Source of the DNA: Eledone cirrhosa
Taxonomy: Eukaryota
NCBI GenBank assembly: GCA_964016885.1
Contig: OZ024742.1
Coordinates: 293,260,001 to 293,324,000 of the forward strand
Direction: 5' to 3'
DNA length: 64,000 nucleotides
Shown in pieces: positions 24,064-36,020 of this stretch. Positions within the stretch are counted from its first letter, which is position 1, and every line of letters starts with the position of its first letter. The notes under the pieces were generated by a model. It worked only from the letters and a program-made list of their open reading frames with translations. It was not told the origin of the DNA and searched no databases. A program made the position numbers and the translations under genes.

Positions 24064-24429
24064 TTTTTGTATCTGGTTTTTCCCAGCTTGTATGAGTTAG
24101 ATGAGTCCTCTCCAGTACTGTCTCTCTTGTTTCTTTCCTTTGTCATCTTCTTTATGAGGTTTAGTTTCTTGAGATTGGTTTTCCTACCTCTGCCAAGGTT
24201 TTGATCTTCCTCTACCATGGCTTCCTTCTATATGGAACTTTTGCCACTTCTTCACCCAGTAATCAGCATCTATATACTTTACACTTTCAAACCAGTGCCC
24301 TAAACCCAACTGCCACATTGTGCGTGTACATGCATGTGTTTGTGTTTATGTATGTTTGTGTGATAGTGTGTTTTTGTTTGTTTGCATATGTTTATGTGTG
24401 TGTATATGAGTATTTGAGAAAATCAGTAA

Positions 24430-24490
<61 letters not shown>

Positions 24491-25771
24491 AATCTAGCTT
24501 TAGCAAGTAAATATTACATAGTATATCATCATCATCACTGTTGTCATTGTTATCATCACCATTTCTACTATTACTGGTCATCGTCAATATCATCCCCATC
24601 ATCACCACCACCATCATCACCACCCCATCATCACATTATTGTTGTCACCATTATCATGTCATGATCATGTATGAATAAATAATCTAGAGCAACACCCAAA
24701 ATACTATAGCTCAATTGCTAAACACACTAACATAATAAATGTGTAGTTATTCTATTAAATATTCAACAAACAAATGAACTATATTTACTTACATAGCTTC
24801 CTTTGCCATTTAGCTTAGTGGTTAGAATGATAGGCTTATAATTGTAAGGTCATGAGTTTGATTCCTGGACCAGGTGGCACATTGTGTCCTTGAGCAAGAT
24901 ATTTCATGTTGCCAAGCTGCATCAGCCTTTGCCTTTCCCTTGGGCAATATTATTTTATAGTGAGACGGGACTTACAATGCATGAGCAACTGTCAGTTTTC
25001 CACAAAACACTTTGTCCAGGCTTGTGCCTCAGAGAGGCAAACCTATGGTCAGTCAGTTATGAGTGCAGAACCCATGGCCAGTCATGACCAAAGGGTGGGG
25101 TGAAGTGGGGTTTTGGGGTTTTCTTTAGCTTCAACATTTCATATAATCTATTCTATTACAGCTATGGAGCTATATCTGTGATTTGAAAGTCAGGAGTCAA
25201 ACTTGAAAAGCACATTAATCCTTTAGATACCAAACCACCTGAAACTGACCCTTGTTCTGTTATAGAAAGCTGTATGTTTTAAAGTGATTTTATTTATCCA
25301 AAAATCTTACATAATTTTATGTAAGAACCTTTCTTAAGTTATGTTCCAAACATCAGCTTATTAATATGGAAGTTTTTGATTTTTTTCAAAATTTCAGAAT
25401 CCTAGGTAGCATTTTTCATTAGAAATATAGCAACAAAAAGGTTAAGTTCAACCCCCCTCCCCCATTGGTATAGCATCAGTTATAATAAAATAAATTAAAC
25501 ACCACTCTGCCTATGTATTGAGTTTTGTTTCTCCTTTTCTTTTACATACATTCACTAATACACTCATTGTTGCCTGCATTCAATAGACTTTTAGTCAAGG
25601 ACATTCCAGCTGTGATCATCACATGTTTCCAAGACAATGTCTATAGAACTACATTATCCAATGTGCCCATCATTTTATTTTTATCAAGATAAGATGATTT
25701 GAGGTTGTTTTGTCTATTGCTAGCAAGTTAGTGACAATACAGAAGCTCTCTCATTGGTTTGTACACTATAT

Positions 25772-26044
25772 CAGTGGTTCCCAACCTAGGGCTCATGGAA
25801 TCTTGGGGCTCCACCTAGATAGTACTGGGAATCTGTACTAAGTTCAACATTTCAAGTCCTTTGCGAAAACTATAATATACACACAGAATTGGGTGTCTAC
25901 TTTTCTCTGAGTAGAAACATTTCTATCTTTTGTTATTCTTAAAGTATAACAATCTGGGAGTTAAGCAATTGTAGTGGGGGGTCCATGGGAAAATACATTT
26001 AAGTTAAAGGGGTCCTTGGTAAAAAAAAAGGTTGGGAACCACTG
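25772..26044. mobile_element. hAT (Charlie-like) MITE
   Basis: 16-bp TIR CAGTGGTTCCCAACCT/AGGTTGGGAACCACTG and 8-bp TSD cactatat/cactgtat (7/8 match). Confidence 0.9.
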
Positions 26045-26322
26045 CACTGTATAATGAGTTACACAGTAAAACTATGTGCTGCAAATCTGCCAAACCGTTC
26101 CCAACACTGAAAAATTAGGATGTAGTTACCATCTAGTACTTACTTTTGTGGCCTGAATGTGGAAAAGAATTAATAAAAGATGGTTTTATGTTAACCCTTT
26201 CATTACCATATTTCTAATAAAAGACACTGTCTATGATTTTCAAATAATTTTGAAACTAGTCGAGAATTTGAAGTGTCTTAATAATATAATCAACTTTCTC
26301 ATTGATAAACTGTTGTTGTTTA

Positions 26323-26500
26323 AGGCGGCGAATCGGTAGAATGTCAGACAACGTTCTGAGTTCAATTCCCGTTGAGGTTAGCTTTGCCTTTCATCCTTAT
26401 GGCGTTGATAAAATAAAGTACCAATAATGCACTAGGGTCAATTTATTTATTCCCCTTCCCCCAAAATTGTTGGCCTTGTGCCTAAATCAGAAATCATTAT
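26323..26500 (+). mobile_element. tRNA-derived SINE, older longer subfamily, nested in MITE family 2
   Basis: ggcggcgaatcggtagaat...gagttcaattccc...gcctttcatcctt...gataaaataaagtacc...ggccttgtgcctaaatcagaaatcattatt. Similar copies at ~37913-38130, 30490-30690, 23470-23610 and 55920-56060. Confidence 0.75.
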
Positions 26501-28073
26501 TAATCCTTTAGCATTTAAACTGGTCGTATCGGGCCAGAATTCTCTCACCTCTTTCTGTTCAAACCTGCCGTAATCAGTTGCTCATACTTATATTAAGGTA
26601 TTGTTCTCAAAATAAATAATATCAAAATCTTGTAGATTCAATATTATATAAGATAAAGTGTTTACCGGGAAAATACAATAGTAAATATAGAGTAATGTAA
26701 ATACTAAAGGGTTAAGCTGTTGTTGGAAACACAACTTAACAAAAGTTCTTAGATAAAATTATGGATAGTAGATTTTAGATAAATACATTATAATACTCAG
26801 TTATGTATTGTAGAACCAAGGGTGGTTTCAGGTGGTTTGGTATGAAAAGGGTTTAAAAGAAAAGAGCAAAATCAAACTATTTCCCATTACCAGATATTTC
26901 TTTATCAATATTTAAAAGATAATTCCATACATTATTGGAAGATTATTTATATTCACCAAACATAAAGTAGAAAGTGATTTTTGTTTTTTTTCCTGTATTT
27001 TTTTTTCTCACTCTGAATAGGAAGACTACTCTCTAGGATAAAGATTTAGCTATGCTGTGTATAAGAAGAATTATAATGTGTCTAAGACTAGAGTTCCTGA
27101 TATGAGCAATTTTCAGTGACAGACTTAATCCATTATCCAGACCCTTGAGTGTTTTTAATAGCATCCTTGATGCTAGTTTTCAAGCCATGTCTCTACTTTG
27201 AGGATATCTCCCCCCCTTCCATTCATAGCGGCCATGAAAAGTGTCATAGGCACTGCTCTTTCCGCTTTAACTAAACAGAAAAACAAAACAAAAAAAAGCA
27301 TGAAATAACTGTGTATCCCAGTTTTTTTAATATATATGCAATAGCTCTGCATGTTGTTAGGAGCAACTAAAAGGGTTGGCACCAGGAAAGGCATCCAGCC
27401 ATAAAACTATGTAAAAAAATTCCATCTAACCTATGCCAGCATAGAAAATGTGAATGTAAAGATGCTGATAAGCTGTGATGGTGCTTTTGATGTCTGTTCA
27501 TAGTATCAGTGCTGGTTTGGTGTAAGCTAAGTTGCATGTAGATGATGCCTGAGTGCTGAAAGAAGAGACGTGAAGAGTGGTATCAGCTGTATAGATGTGA
27601 AACATTGTCAGAGGTGACAGCATGTTGGTTATTAATGTAAATGGGAGCGATGTGGAATAACCTTTTCATAATTTAATGTAGTAGAACCATTACGAAAGTT
27701 CAAACAAGAAATTTTTTTTTATCAAAGTGCACATAAATTTTAATGAAATTATCACAATTAAAAGAAGTAGAAAAAAGAGGAGGGAGAAGAAATGGGGAGG
27801 TAGCAAATTCTACAACCTTGGCTGGCAAGTATAGCTTAGCTGTGCCTCATGAACAAGATGGTGAAAGTGTTGCTGTGAACAACAGCCAGTGATACTCACT
27901 GCTTCAGCCATTCCACCTCACAAGCTACTTTCCTCAGGTGGAATACTATCATCCTAATTTAAGAGTCACAATCAAACAAAGGAAAATCATGCCTGAAATT
28001 TAGTCATCTCCTGTTTCTCAGCTTTATCAATATAACTTAGTATGATTATGAAGAAATTGTTAAAATAATCTTA

Positions 28074-28612
28074 ATCAAATAATTGTTTCTACTTTAGGCA
28101 CAAGCCAGCAATTGCCCAGTGTATTACTGGTACTTTATTTTATTGACCCCGTAAGGATGAAAGGCAAAGTCAACCTCGGCGGGAGTTGAACTCGGAATGT
28201 AAAGGGACGTAACTATGCTGGAAAGCATGGCGTCCAACCCTCTACCGATACTGCCAATCCACCACCATCAAATAATTGTTTCTACTTTTGGCACAAGGCC
28301 AGCAATTACCCAGTACATTACTGGTACTTTATTTTATCGACCCCGTAAGGATGAAAGGCAAAGTTAACCTCGGCGGGATTTGAACTCAGACCGTAAAGGG
28401 ATGTAACTATGCTGGAGGACGTATCAAATAATTGTTTCTACTTTAGGCACAAGGCCAGCAAATACTCAGTGCATTACTGGTACTTTATTTTATCGACCCC
28501 GTAAGGATGAAAGGCAAAGTCAACCTCGGCGGGATTTGAACTCAGATCGTAAAGGGACGTAACTATGCTGGAAAGCATGGCGTCCGACCCTCTACTGATA
28601 CTGCCAATCCGT
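28074..28612 (-). mobile_element. Three head-to-tail copies of the young SINE
   Basis: Units begin with atcaaataattgtttctac at 28074, 28267 and 28423. The middle copy is 5'-truncated and atcaaataat recurs at 28613. Confidence 0.88.
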
Positions 28613-31149
28613 ATCAAATAATGATTTCTAGCTTTCACTCAATGCCACAAATGATATAGGGAGGGGGTGTGCTGATTGAATTGACCCAGAGCTTGACTGG
28701 TACTTATTTTATAGACATTGAAAGGTCAAATTTGACAGGCTTTGTCTTTTATATGAATAGCCTACTTCTGGTAAATTCAACCTGTTGCCATGTTTAATAC
28801 CACCACCTGGCTGTTGGGTGCTATTAGTGGAGCCTATTTTGTTGCAAGTATTCAAATGAGATCTTAGGTTTGAAGATAACTTCCCTCCTTCTGGTCAGCT
28901 TTGGAAGCCCTTACCCACTCAAAACTGTATCTGGCTTTATGAAATAAAATCATCCATTTTAAAGGGTTCCTGTTTAAATAAATAAAAAAGTCCAACATAA
29001 TTTTATATAAAAACATTTTGTTTTATTACAAATACCATCTTAATAAGGGAACAATTAATAATTTTAGTATATTCTTCCAAATTCTTCATTAATTAAAATA
29101 GTGTATTTCATTAGAAATTTTTTAACAAAAGGACTAAAAAGTTCATGGGTACTACTATTCCCTGCTAACTGTGATAAAATAAAAAATAAAGAACAAGATC
29201 TGAATACAGCTAAGATATTTATCTGGCACTCTTATCATTTCTTGTACCCAACCTCCATGTCTTCTAATAGAAAGGCAGTTGCTTAACTCTAGATTAATTT
29301 TTCTGACATAATATTATTTGTATCATTCTAAAATTAATCCGGCCACACAAGCATACAACAAGCACATACTTTAGAATAAACAAGAACAAGATAAACAGCT
29401 GGATGCCCTTCCTATCATCAACATTGCCAACCACCTTACAGTATGTACTATGTGCATTTCATCATGGCACAACACTACCATCTTACAGGATGGACAGGGT
29501 GCTTTTTATCATGGCACAAAACTAACATCTTTATAATATTTGTTTTATTTAAAAACTTACCAATATCATTTTCTATAAAAACTTTTAAAGAATTTTCAAG
29601 AAACCAGCTTAATCCCTTTTAATATCAAGCTACCTGAAATTGGTCCTGGTTCTATAATACTAAATTGTTTAATAAAAATAAAACTTCCATCATAATTTTA
29701 TGTAAGGATCTTTTTAAAGTTAAGTTCCAGGCACCAGCTTAATATCTCACTGAATTCTTGATTATTTTCAAAATAATTTGAAGACCGTCCCTAGTGTCTT
29801 TCATAAGAAATATGGTAGCAATGGTAAAATAATTGTTTCTACTTTTGGCACAAGGCCAGCAATTATCCCAATGAAACAATTTATTACTTTGTTGAATCCA
29901 CACAAATTCCTTATTTTAAAATTAATGGAGACATAAGGGACCATATTTAATTAAGAAATATGGTCACATCAGCTGAAGTAGAATATTGAACTTATTTGTT
30001 TATACCCATTTAAACTAGAAGGAAAAATACCAAAAGTGTAGTGTGTGTGTGTGTGTGTGTGTGTAACTAAATGCTTGAAAACAAGGAAGAGAAAATTTAA
30101 GTTTGGTTGGCAGGGGGTGGAGATTCTGGCGCTATTTAAAATCCAAAATAGTAAAGCATTTCGGAGATAAATTCAGCTGGCAGTTAACAAGATGCCTGGT
30201 CATTTCTAAAAATATACACCACTCAGTCTTAACCATTTCTAACACACACATACACTCTACTGATTGCATTTAATTCTGTTTGTACTGTAGCTAAAACACA
30301 TTCTTTTATAGTTTTACTAATTCTCATCAGTGTTATCATTTTTATGTCCGCCTTTCTATGCTGGCATGGGTTGCATAAGACTTTTTGAGGCAACCTTTTA
30401 CAGCCGGATGCTTGCCTGATGCCAATGCTTTTAGTCACTTTATGCATACAGGGATGCTGTATCTCTATTCTAAAAACTGTGATGATGATGATGGTTTCTG
30501 ATTTAGGTGCAAAGTCAACACTCTTTTTAGAGGTGGAAGTCAATTATATCAACCCCAGTGCATTACTGGTACTTTATTTTATTGACCTCCATAAAGATGA
30601 AAGGCAAAGTTAACCCCAGCAAGATTTGCACACAGAGTGAATCCAAAACTATATGCAGTTGTACATAAAACTCCTTAATCACACAGCCAAACTTGCCTGT
30701 ACCTTTATCATCATCAACATCATTTTATGTCTGCTTTCTATTTTGTTCATATTCCATATTAGGCAGGGTTTCTATGGCTGGATGCTCTTCCTAATAGTAA
30801 CTATCTTACATAGTGTATTGGGTGCATTTTTGTGGCATTAGCACAACCAGTTTACAGAGTGACTGGGTGCATTTTATCTTGACACTAATACACTTTAGTG
30901 AAGATAAATACAAACAGATTTTGATATCACTAACCATTGAGATGAAATAAAGAAATGGTTATTATTATAACACGTTTTTAAATGGCTTAACTAATTCTTA
31001 ATGAATCAACATTAATGCTTAGCAACTTGGATCCTGTATTAAGAATATTAGAAACTATATCGACTATTGTCCACATACTTCTCTCCATAAATTCTTCATT
31101 GTTCTAGAAGATTACCAACACAACATAGATGCAAGCCTATTTCCTTGTT

Positions 31150-31383
31150 ACAGACAGATTCTAAATTAATCCCATCAATTTGGCCTTCTCCATGACTGTC
31201 AACAATGCACAGGGACAGACTTTCAAGCGAGTCGGTGTCTACTTGAATGATCCAGCATTCAGCCATGGGCAACTGTATGTTGCTGCATCTCGAGTGTGCG
31301 ATCCTGATGGTATAAAATTTGCAATTGATATCACTAACAGAGGAACAACCCTGAATATTGTCTATAATGAAGCTTTGAGCTGA
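31150..31383 (+). pseudogene. Helitron Pif1-type helicase C-terminal fragment
   Basis: LAFSMTVNNAQGQTFKRVGVYLNDPAFSHGQLYVAASRV...TLNIVYNEAL* corresponds to helicase motifs V/VI of Helitron RepHel. Confidence 0.85.
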
Positions 31384-31400
31384 TGTATGCTATCAATAAG

Positions 31401-31736
31401 CGACGTAAATGATTCAGACATTGGTGTCCTTTGATCAGTATTGTGAGTTTTGACAGAGTTATCATTTATGTTCAATGTCATTTAATGTCATTATGAGCAA
31501 TAAAAACAAACAAGTATTGGTAAAAATTGCTTTCACTGCTATGTTGCGCAATAAATACCAACAAGTATTGGTAGAAATTGCCTTCACTGCTATGAATATT
31601 CGACGTAAATGATTCAGACATTGGTGTCCTTTGATCAGTATTGTGAGTTTTGACAGAGTTATCATTTCTGTTCAATGTTATTTATTGTCGATAATGAGCA
31701 ATAAAAACCAACAAGAATTAGTAGAAATTGCCTTCA
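31401..31736 (+). repeat. 200-bp tandem duplication with a ~50-bp internal subrepeat, downstream of the Helitron helicase
   Basis: cgacgtaaatgattcagacattgg... at 31401 and 31601; gcaataaa..caagtattggta..ttcactgctatg at ~31497 and ~31548. Confidence 0.85.
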
Positions 31737-32106
31737 AATTTATCGCTTCTGATAGCGGTGGTAATAAAACCTCATCATATGCTGAGTCTGGCAAAAGGTT
31801 TAGTGCCTATGGCTGGCCAGGGCTAGAGTAATATTGAAAAACGATTTTATTTTCGAAGTAGAGTTCAAACCAGGCCACCTCTCTGAGTTGAACTCTGGGC
31901 AATATTGACTGTCTATTACTCAGTGGCTAAGAGCCTGGAAATTACTGAATACATTTTTGTGTCATATAATTTGTTGTTTTATTATTATAGCTGACCACTT
32001 ATAGATAAGCATGTTATCCATATCCATATTAATTTGGCATTTGTATAAACCATTTCAAATAAATAGGGACCTTTTTTATATTGACGGACATCTTTTATAT
32101 TAATTA

Positions 32107-32464
32107 TCTATATCTATATCTACATATAATATAAAATATTGGAACTTCCATCATCTTTTTGAGAAACGTGGAACAACCACGTCTATGCAATGATACACGT
32201 TTTACAGTCAGGCAGAAGATGAACCATCTCCTAGAGGTCACTATTCTAGGTGGGAGTACCTAGAATTGTTCATATACTATGCACAAACGGTACAACGAAG
32301 AATCTGGTATATCTGGAAGATTTTTTTACTGTTTTTGGTATCACACAGACACCACGGACTCGCCTCATACTGTCACCAGACAAATATCCAATACAGTCAT
32401 TTTCTATTTTACCTGTTTTCTCTTATCATCTGTTTACTCGGGCGAAACTAGGTACGTCAGCTAG
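32107..32464 (+). mobile_element. Short internally deleted Helitron with helicase remnants
   Basis: A|TC 5' end, degenerate 3' hairpin (actcgggcgaaactaggt) and CTAG|T. The interior encodes GTSIIFLRNVEQPRLCNDTR..LLEVTILG joined to ..GTTKNLVY, which are Pif1-type RepHel motifs. Confidence 0.8.
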
Positions 32465-32814
32465 TTTATGTAATTACAATACTGTGAGTAGCATTGTCTT
32501 CCACATTGACTCTTAGTTCTCTAATGATTTCTTCATCATCATCATCCTTTGAGAACCATTTCATGTCTAATCATGACACAGATTGCATTTAATTTCTGGA
32601 AAATATCGAAACAAAAGGACAGTCATTGTGTAATGTAGTACTGTGACAGATAATGTCCAATACCAATGTTGGATGGTAATTAATTCTTATGTTCTGGCTT
32701 CATTTCCAGCTTATTTCTCATCTAGATGATCTACTCTCTGTTATCATTTATATAGCAATATGCATAAATTAAAGTAGATCTTTTTTTTTTTATAAAGTAT
32801 ACTGCTACCAAAGC

Positions 32815-33070
32815 CATTGCTATCACTGTCACCATCATTGTTGCTACTGCAACCACCACCACCACTATTACCTCCCCACCCAACCACAGCAACCATCATC
32901 ACCCCTATTGCCGCCACCAGCACTACTACTGCCAACATTGCTACCACCATCATCACTACCACCAATACTATTAATACCACTACTACCACCATCACCACTA
33001 CTATCACCATCACCACTACTATCACCATCACCACTACTATCACTATCACCACTACAAACCACCACTACCA
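32815..33070. repeat. (ACC/ACT/ATC)n low-complexity tract
   Basis: Degenerate trinucleotide repeat; a similar tract lies at 34870-34967. Confidence 0.9.
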
Positions 33071-33190
33071 TGGTACTGCTGCTGTGACAGTCATTCATCA
33101 AGTCATTGTCATCATTCTAGTTTGCTATCATCATTGTCAGCAGGTGATCATATTAAAAACTACCTATTGTGTGTGTGTGTCTGTGTGTGG

Positions 33191-33233
<43 letters not shown>

Positions 33234-33307
33234 TAAAAGACGTAAAATAAGAAAATATTTTTTAAAAAAATTTTAAAAAATTTTTTTACTTACTTACTTA
33301 AATTTTC

Positions 33308-33389
33308 ACTCCAACTAATTAGTTTCTGCAATGGGATAAAGACAGTTACATAATCCAACTGTCGAGAATTCATTGCGTCATCAGGGAGT
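33308..33389 (-). ncRNA. Type I hammerhead ribozyme motif, array unit 1
   Basis: Minus strand: ACTCC-CTGATGA-cGCAATG...GACAGTT/AACTGTC...CATTGCa-GAA-ACTAATTAGT-T-GGAGT. Stem I is ACTCC/GGAGT, the core is CUGAUGA+GAAA, stem III is the palindrome ACUAAUUAGU and the cleavage triplet is GUU. The first stem II pair is a C.A mismatch. Confidence 0.8.
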
Positions 33390-33861
33390 CTATTCTCAGC
33401 TGAGCCTCCAGGCAATGCGCGGACACTGGCGGCTCATATAAAAATAATACTTCGGTAGAAAGAACAGCTAGGCGAGGACTGGATTCTATGTACTGAAATT
33501 CTCACTGCTTCCAGTCAAATGACCGATTCTAAAGAATCAATCACGTGACATAGAGGCTAGTTAGAAAGAATGGGATGGTAAGATGACTGACGCCTACTAA
33601 CACCCCAAAAAAAATTTTGAAGTGGTTTTGGCAGGTTTGCTCGACAAATCAGTGATTTGGAGATAAATATAGATAATTTAATATTTCAACTAACATAGAC
33701 GCACAGATGTACGTCCATGCCAGCAAATACACAGGTTATGTCATAGTACCTAGGTGGTTCAATGCAGGAGGGTGCAGAACAATAATATAAAAGACGTAAA
33801 ATAAGAAAATATTTTTTAAAAAAATTTTAAAAAAATTTTTTACTTACTTACTTAAATTTTC

Positions 33862-33943
33862 ACTCCAACTAATTAGTTTCTGCAATGGGATAAAGACAGT
33901 TACATAATCCAACTGTCGAGAATTCATTGCGTCATCAGGGAGT
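33862..33943 (-). ncRNA. Type I hammerhead ribozyme motif, array unit 2
   Basis: Same sequence as the unit 1 motif. Confidence 0.8.
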
Positions 33944-34414
33944 CTATTCTCAGCTGAGCCTCCAGGCAATGCGCGGACACTGGCGGCTCATATAAAAATA
34001 ATACTTCGGTAGAAAGAACAGCTAGGCGAGGACTGGATTCTATGTACTGAAATTCTCACTGCTTCCAGTCAAATGACCGATTCTAAAGAATCAATCACGT
34101 GACATAGAGGCTAGTTAGAAGGAATGGGATGGTAAGATGACTGACGCCTACTAACACCCCAAAAAAAATTTTGAAGTGGTTTTGGCAGGTTTGCTCGACA
34201 AATCAGTGATTTGGAGATAAATATAGATAATTTAATATATCAACTAACATAGACGCACAGATGTACGTCCATGCCAGCAAATACACAGGTTATGTCATAG
34301 TACCTAGGTGGTTCAATGCAGGAGGGTGCAGAACAATAATATAAGACGTAAAATAAGAAAATATTTTTTTAAAAAATTTTTAAAAAATTTTTTTACTTAC
34401 TTACTTAAATTTTC

Positions 34415-34496
34415 ACTCCAACTAATTAGTTTCTGCAATGGGATAAAGACAGTTACATAATCCAACTGTCGAGAATTCATTGCGTCATCAGGGAGT
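34415..34496 (-). ncRNA. Type I hammerhead ribozyme motif, array unit 3
   Basis: Same sequence as the unit 1 motif. Confidence 0.8.
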
Positions 34497-34758
34497 CTAT
34501 TCTCAGCTGAGCCTCCAGGCAATGCGCGGACACTGGCGGCTCATATAAAAATAATACTTCGGTAGAAAGAACAGCTAGGCGAGGACTGGATTCTATGTAC
34601 TGAAATTCTCACTGCTTCCAGTCAAATGACCGATTCTAAAGAATCAATCACGTGACATAGAGGCTAGTTAGAAGGAATGGGATGGTAAGATGACTGACGC
34701 CTACTAACACCCCAAAAAAAATTTTGTGCGTCTATGTTAGTTGATATATTAAATTATC

Positions 34759-34800
<42 letters not shown>

Positions 34801-35254
34801 TCAGGAAAAAAACCCAGAAAAATCTAGTGAGTCATAGACTATCACGTCATATCCCTCACACTTAGCCACCACTTCATCACTATGATTACTACTATCACCA
34901 CTACCATTACTACTATCACCACTACCATTACTACTACCACCACTACCATTACTACTACCATCACCACTTATGTCAATCCATATAGAATTGCAGATGTCAA
35001 TTCAGATGACATGAAACACAACAAAAATGTGAGAAAGAATACTCACTTATCAATTAATGATATAGCCTAGCTGGTGTGGGAGAACATCCTCTGGAATGCA
35101 TAACCCCATGTTCAAAACACCTAGTGGTTTGAGAGGGCAGAATGAAAAAAGCATTACCCTAGTGGATAGTAAGGGAGATATGTTGAAATAGCCATTCCAA
35201 CTGGGGTTTCTCTCATGTAGGATGCCAACTCTGTCACAATAACAAGGAGGTGGT

Positions 35255-36020
35255 ACAAAGACCAAGAATATTAGAAGTCTCTGCCGCTGCAAGTTCAATG
35301 ACAAATGTATTGGAAAGTAGCTGATATTTGATAAGCTTGTGATCTTCAGCTTGTCAGGCAGTGGAGCCTGGTTATGTTGCCGAAAGCACCAAGCTGCCAT
35401 GTTGCACCCTAGATGAGGGGCTTACCAATGTGGAACAGAAAGATTGTGATGCCATCTGGCCTTTTGCCATCCCTTCAATCCAACCTCACTGCCTTGAGCT
35501 GTAAAGGTAAGCAGTGTCCAAGACCTGCTTTCTGATCTCATTGAGAGCAGCATGACAGTGGGTAAAGGTGAAAGCATCCACTGTGAATTCACAGTAGCAT
35601 TTGTATTGCTTGTAGATCTGGCGACCATGCCGTAGGGAACACTGATTGAGACAGTTGTAGTCTAGTTGATAGCATTGGGGTTTGGAAACAGTGGAAACAT
35701 GCCAGATGGTGCTGGTCAAGCAGGTGCTTTCTGAAGCCTTATTGTACTGGATTGCATCCCATTTGCATTGGGGGATTGGATGTCCACAGAGTGGAGGCCT
35801 GGCTGCTTCCAGGTCATCTAGGCCACTTTGCGTTCCCTGATCACAGTAGGTTCTGATTTGTTGTAGACAACCTTGTTAATGAGTATACAACAGAAGGTCA
35901 CCTATGAAAAAATGCTGACAATATCAACGTGACCGAAGACTGGAGACCAAGGCCACTGCATCTGATGTGTAAGGTCGCCTGTTGCCAGCCAGTGTTATTG
36001 GATGTTGTATATCTCCTTAG
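35255..36020 (-). pseudogene. Degenerate CRE-like (restriction-like endonuclease) non-LTR retrotransposon 3' region
   Basis: Stitched minus-strand frames read WQQATLHIRCSGLGLQSS..LSAF, KWD, SLRHG..YKCYC..VD, HAALNEI, RDGKRPDGIT...GKPLI*GAT and AEDHKLIKY...AAET. This is the order of post-RT, Zn-finger and PD-(D/E)xK motifs I recall for CRE-clade elements. Confidence 0.72.

Larger units (their letters stand above)
33233..34763 (-). repeat. Tandem array of a ~554-bp non-coding unit (2.7 copies) with a terminal inverted fragment; retrozyme or Penelope-like pseudo-LTR array
   Basis: Units start at 33233, 33787 and 34341 and are nearly identical. The third unit breaks at ~34726 and continues with the reverse complement of 34221-34259. 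Both ends are embedded in (TA)n and each unit carries a hammerhead motif. Confidence 0.9.

Noticed and set aside
23632-24204. His-rich, Ser/Pro-rich and Val/Met-rich ORFs
   Set aside because: Translations of a stop-free trinucleotide microsatellite that is open in several frames on both strands.
26138-26180. Minus-strand 9-nt microexon-like signal (ttccacattcAG-gccacaaaa-GTAAGT)
   Set aside because: Opposite strand to the only supported gene, and GTAAGT is frequent by chance in 64 kb of AT-rich DNA. No other evidence.
28074-34763. Tandem repeats considered as CRISPR-like arrays
   Set aside because: No short repeats with unique spacers, no cas genes, and a eukaryotic context.
35047-35901. 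Apparent minus-strand exon with AG/GT boundaries
   Set aside because: No continuous frame; better explained as the CRE-like relic.
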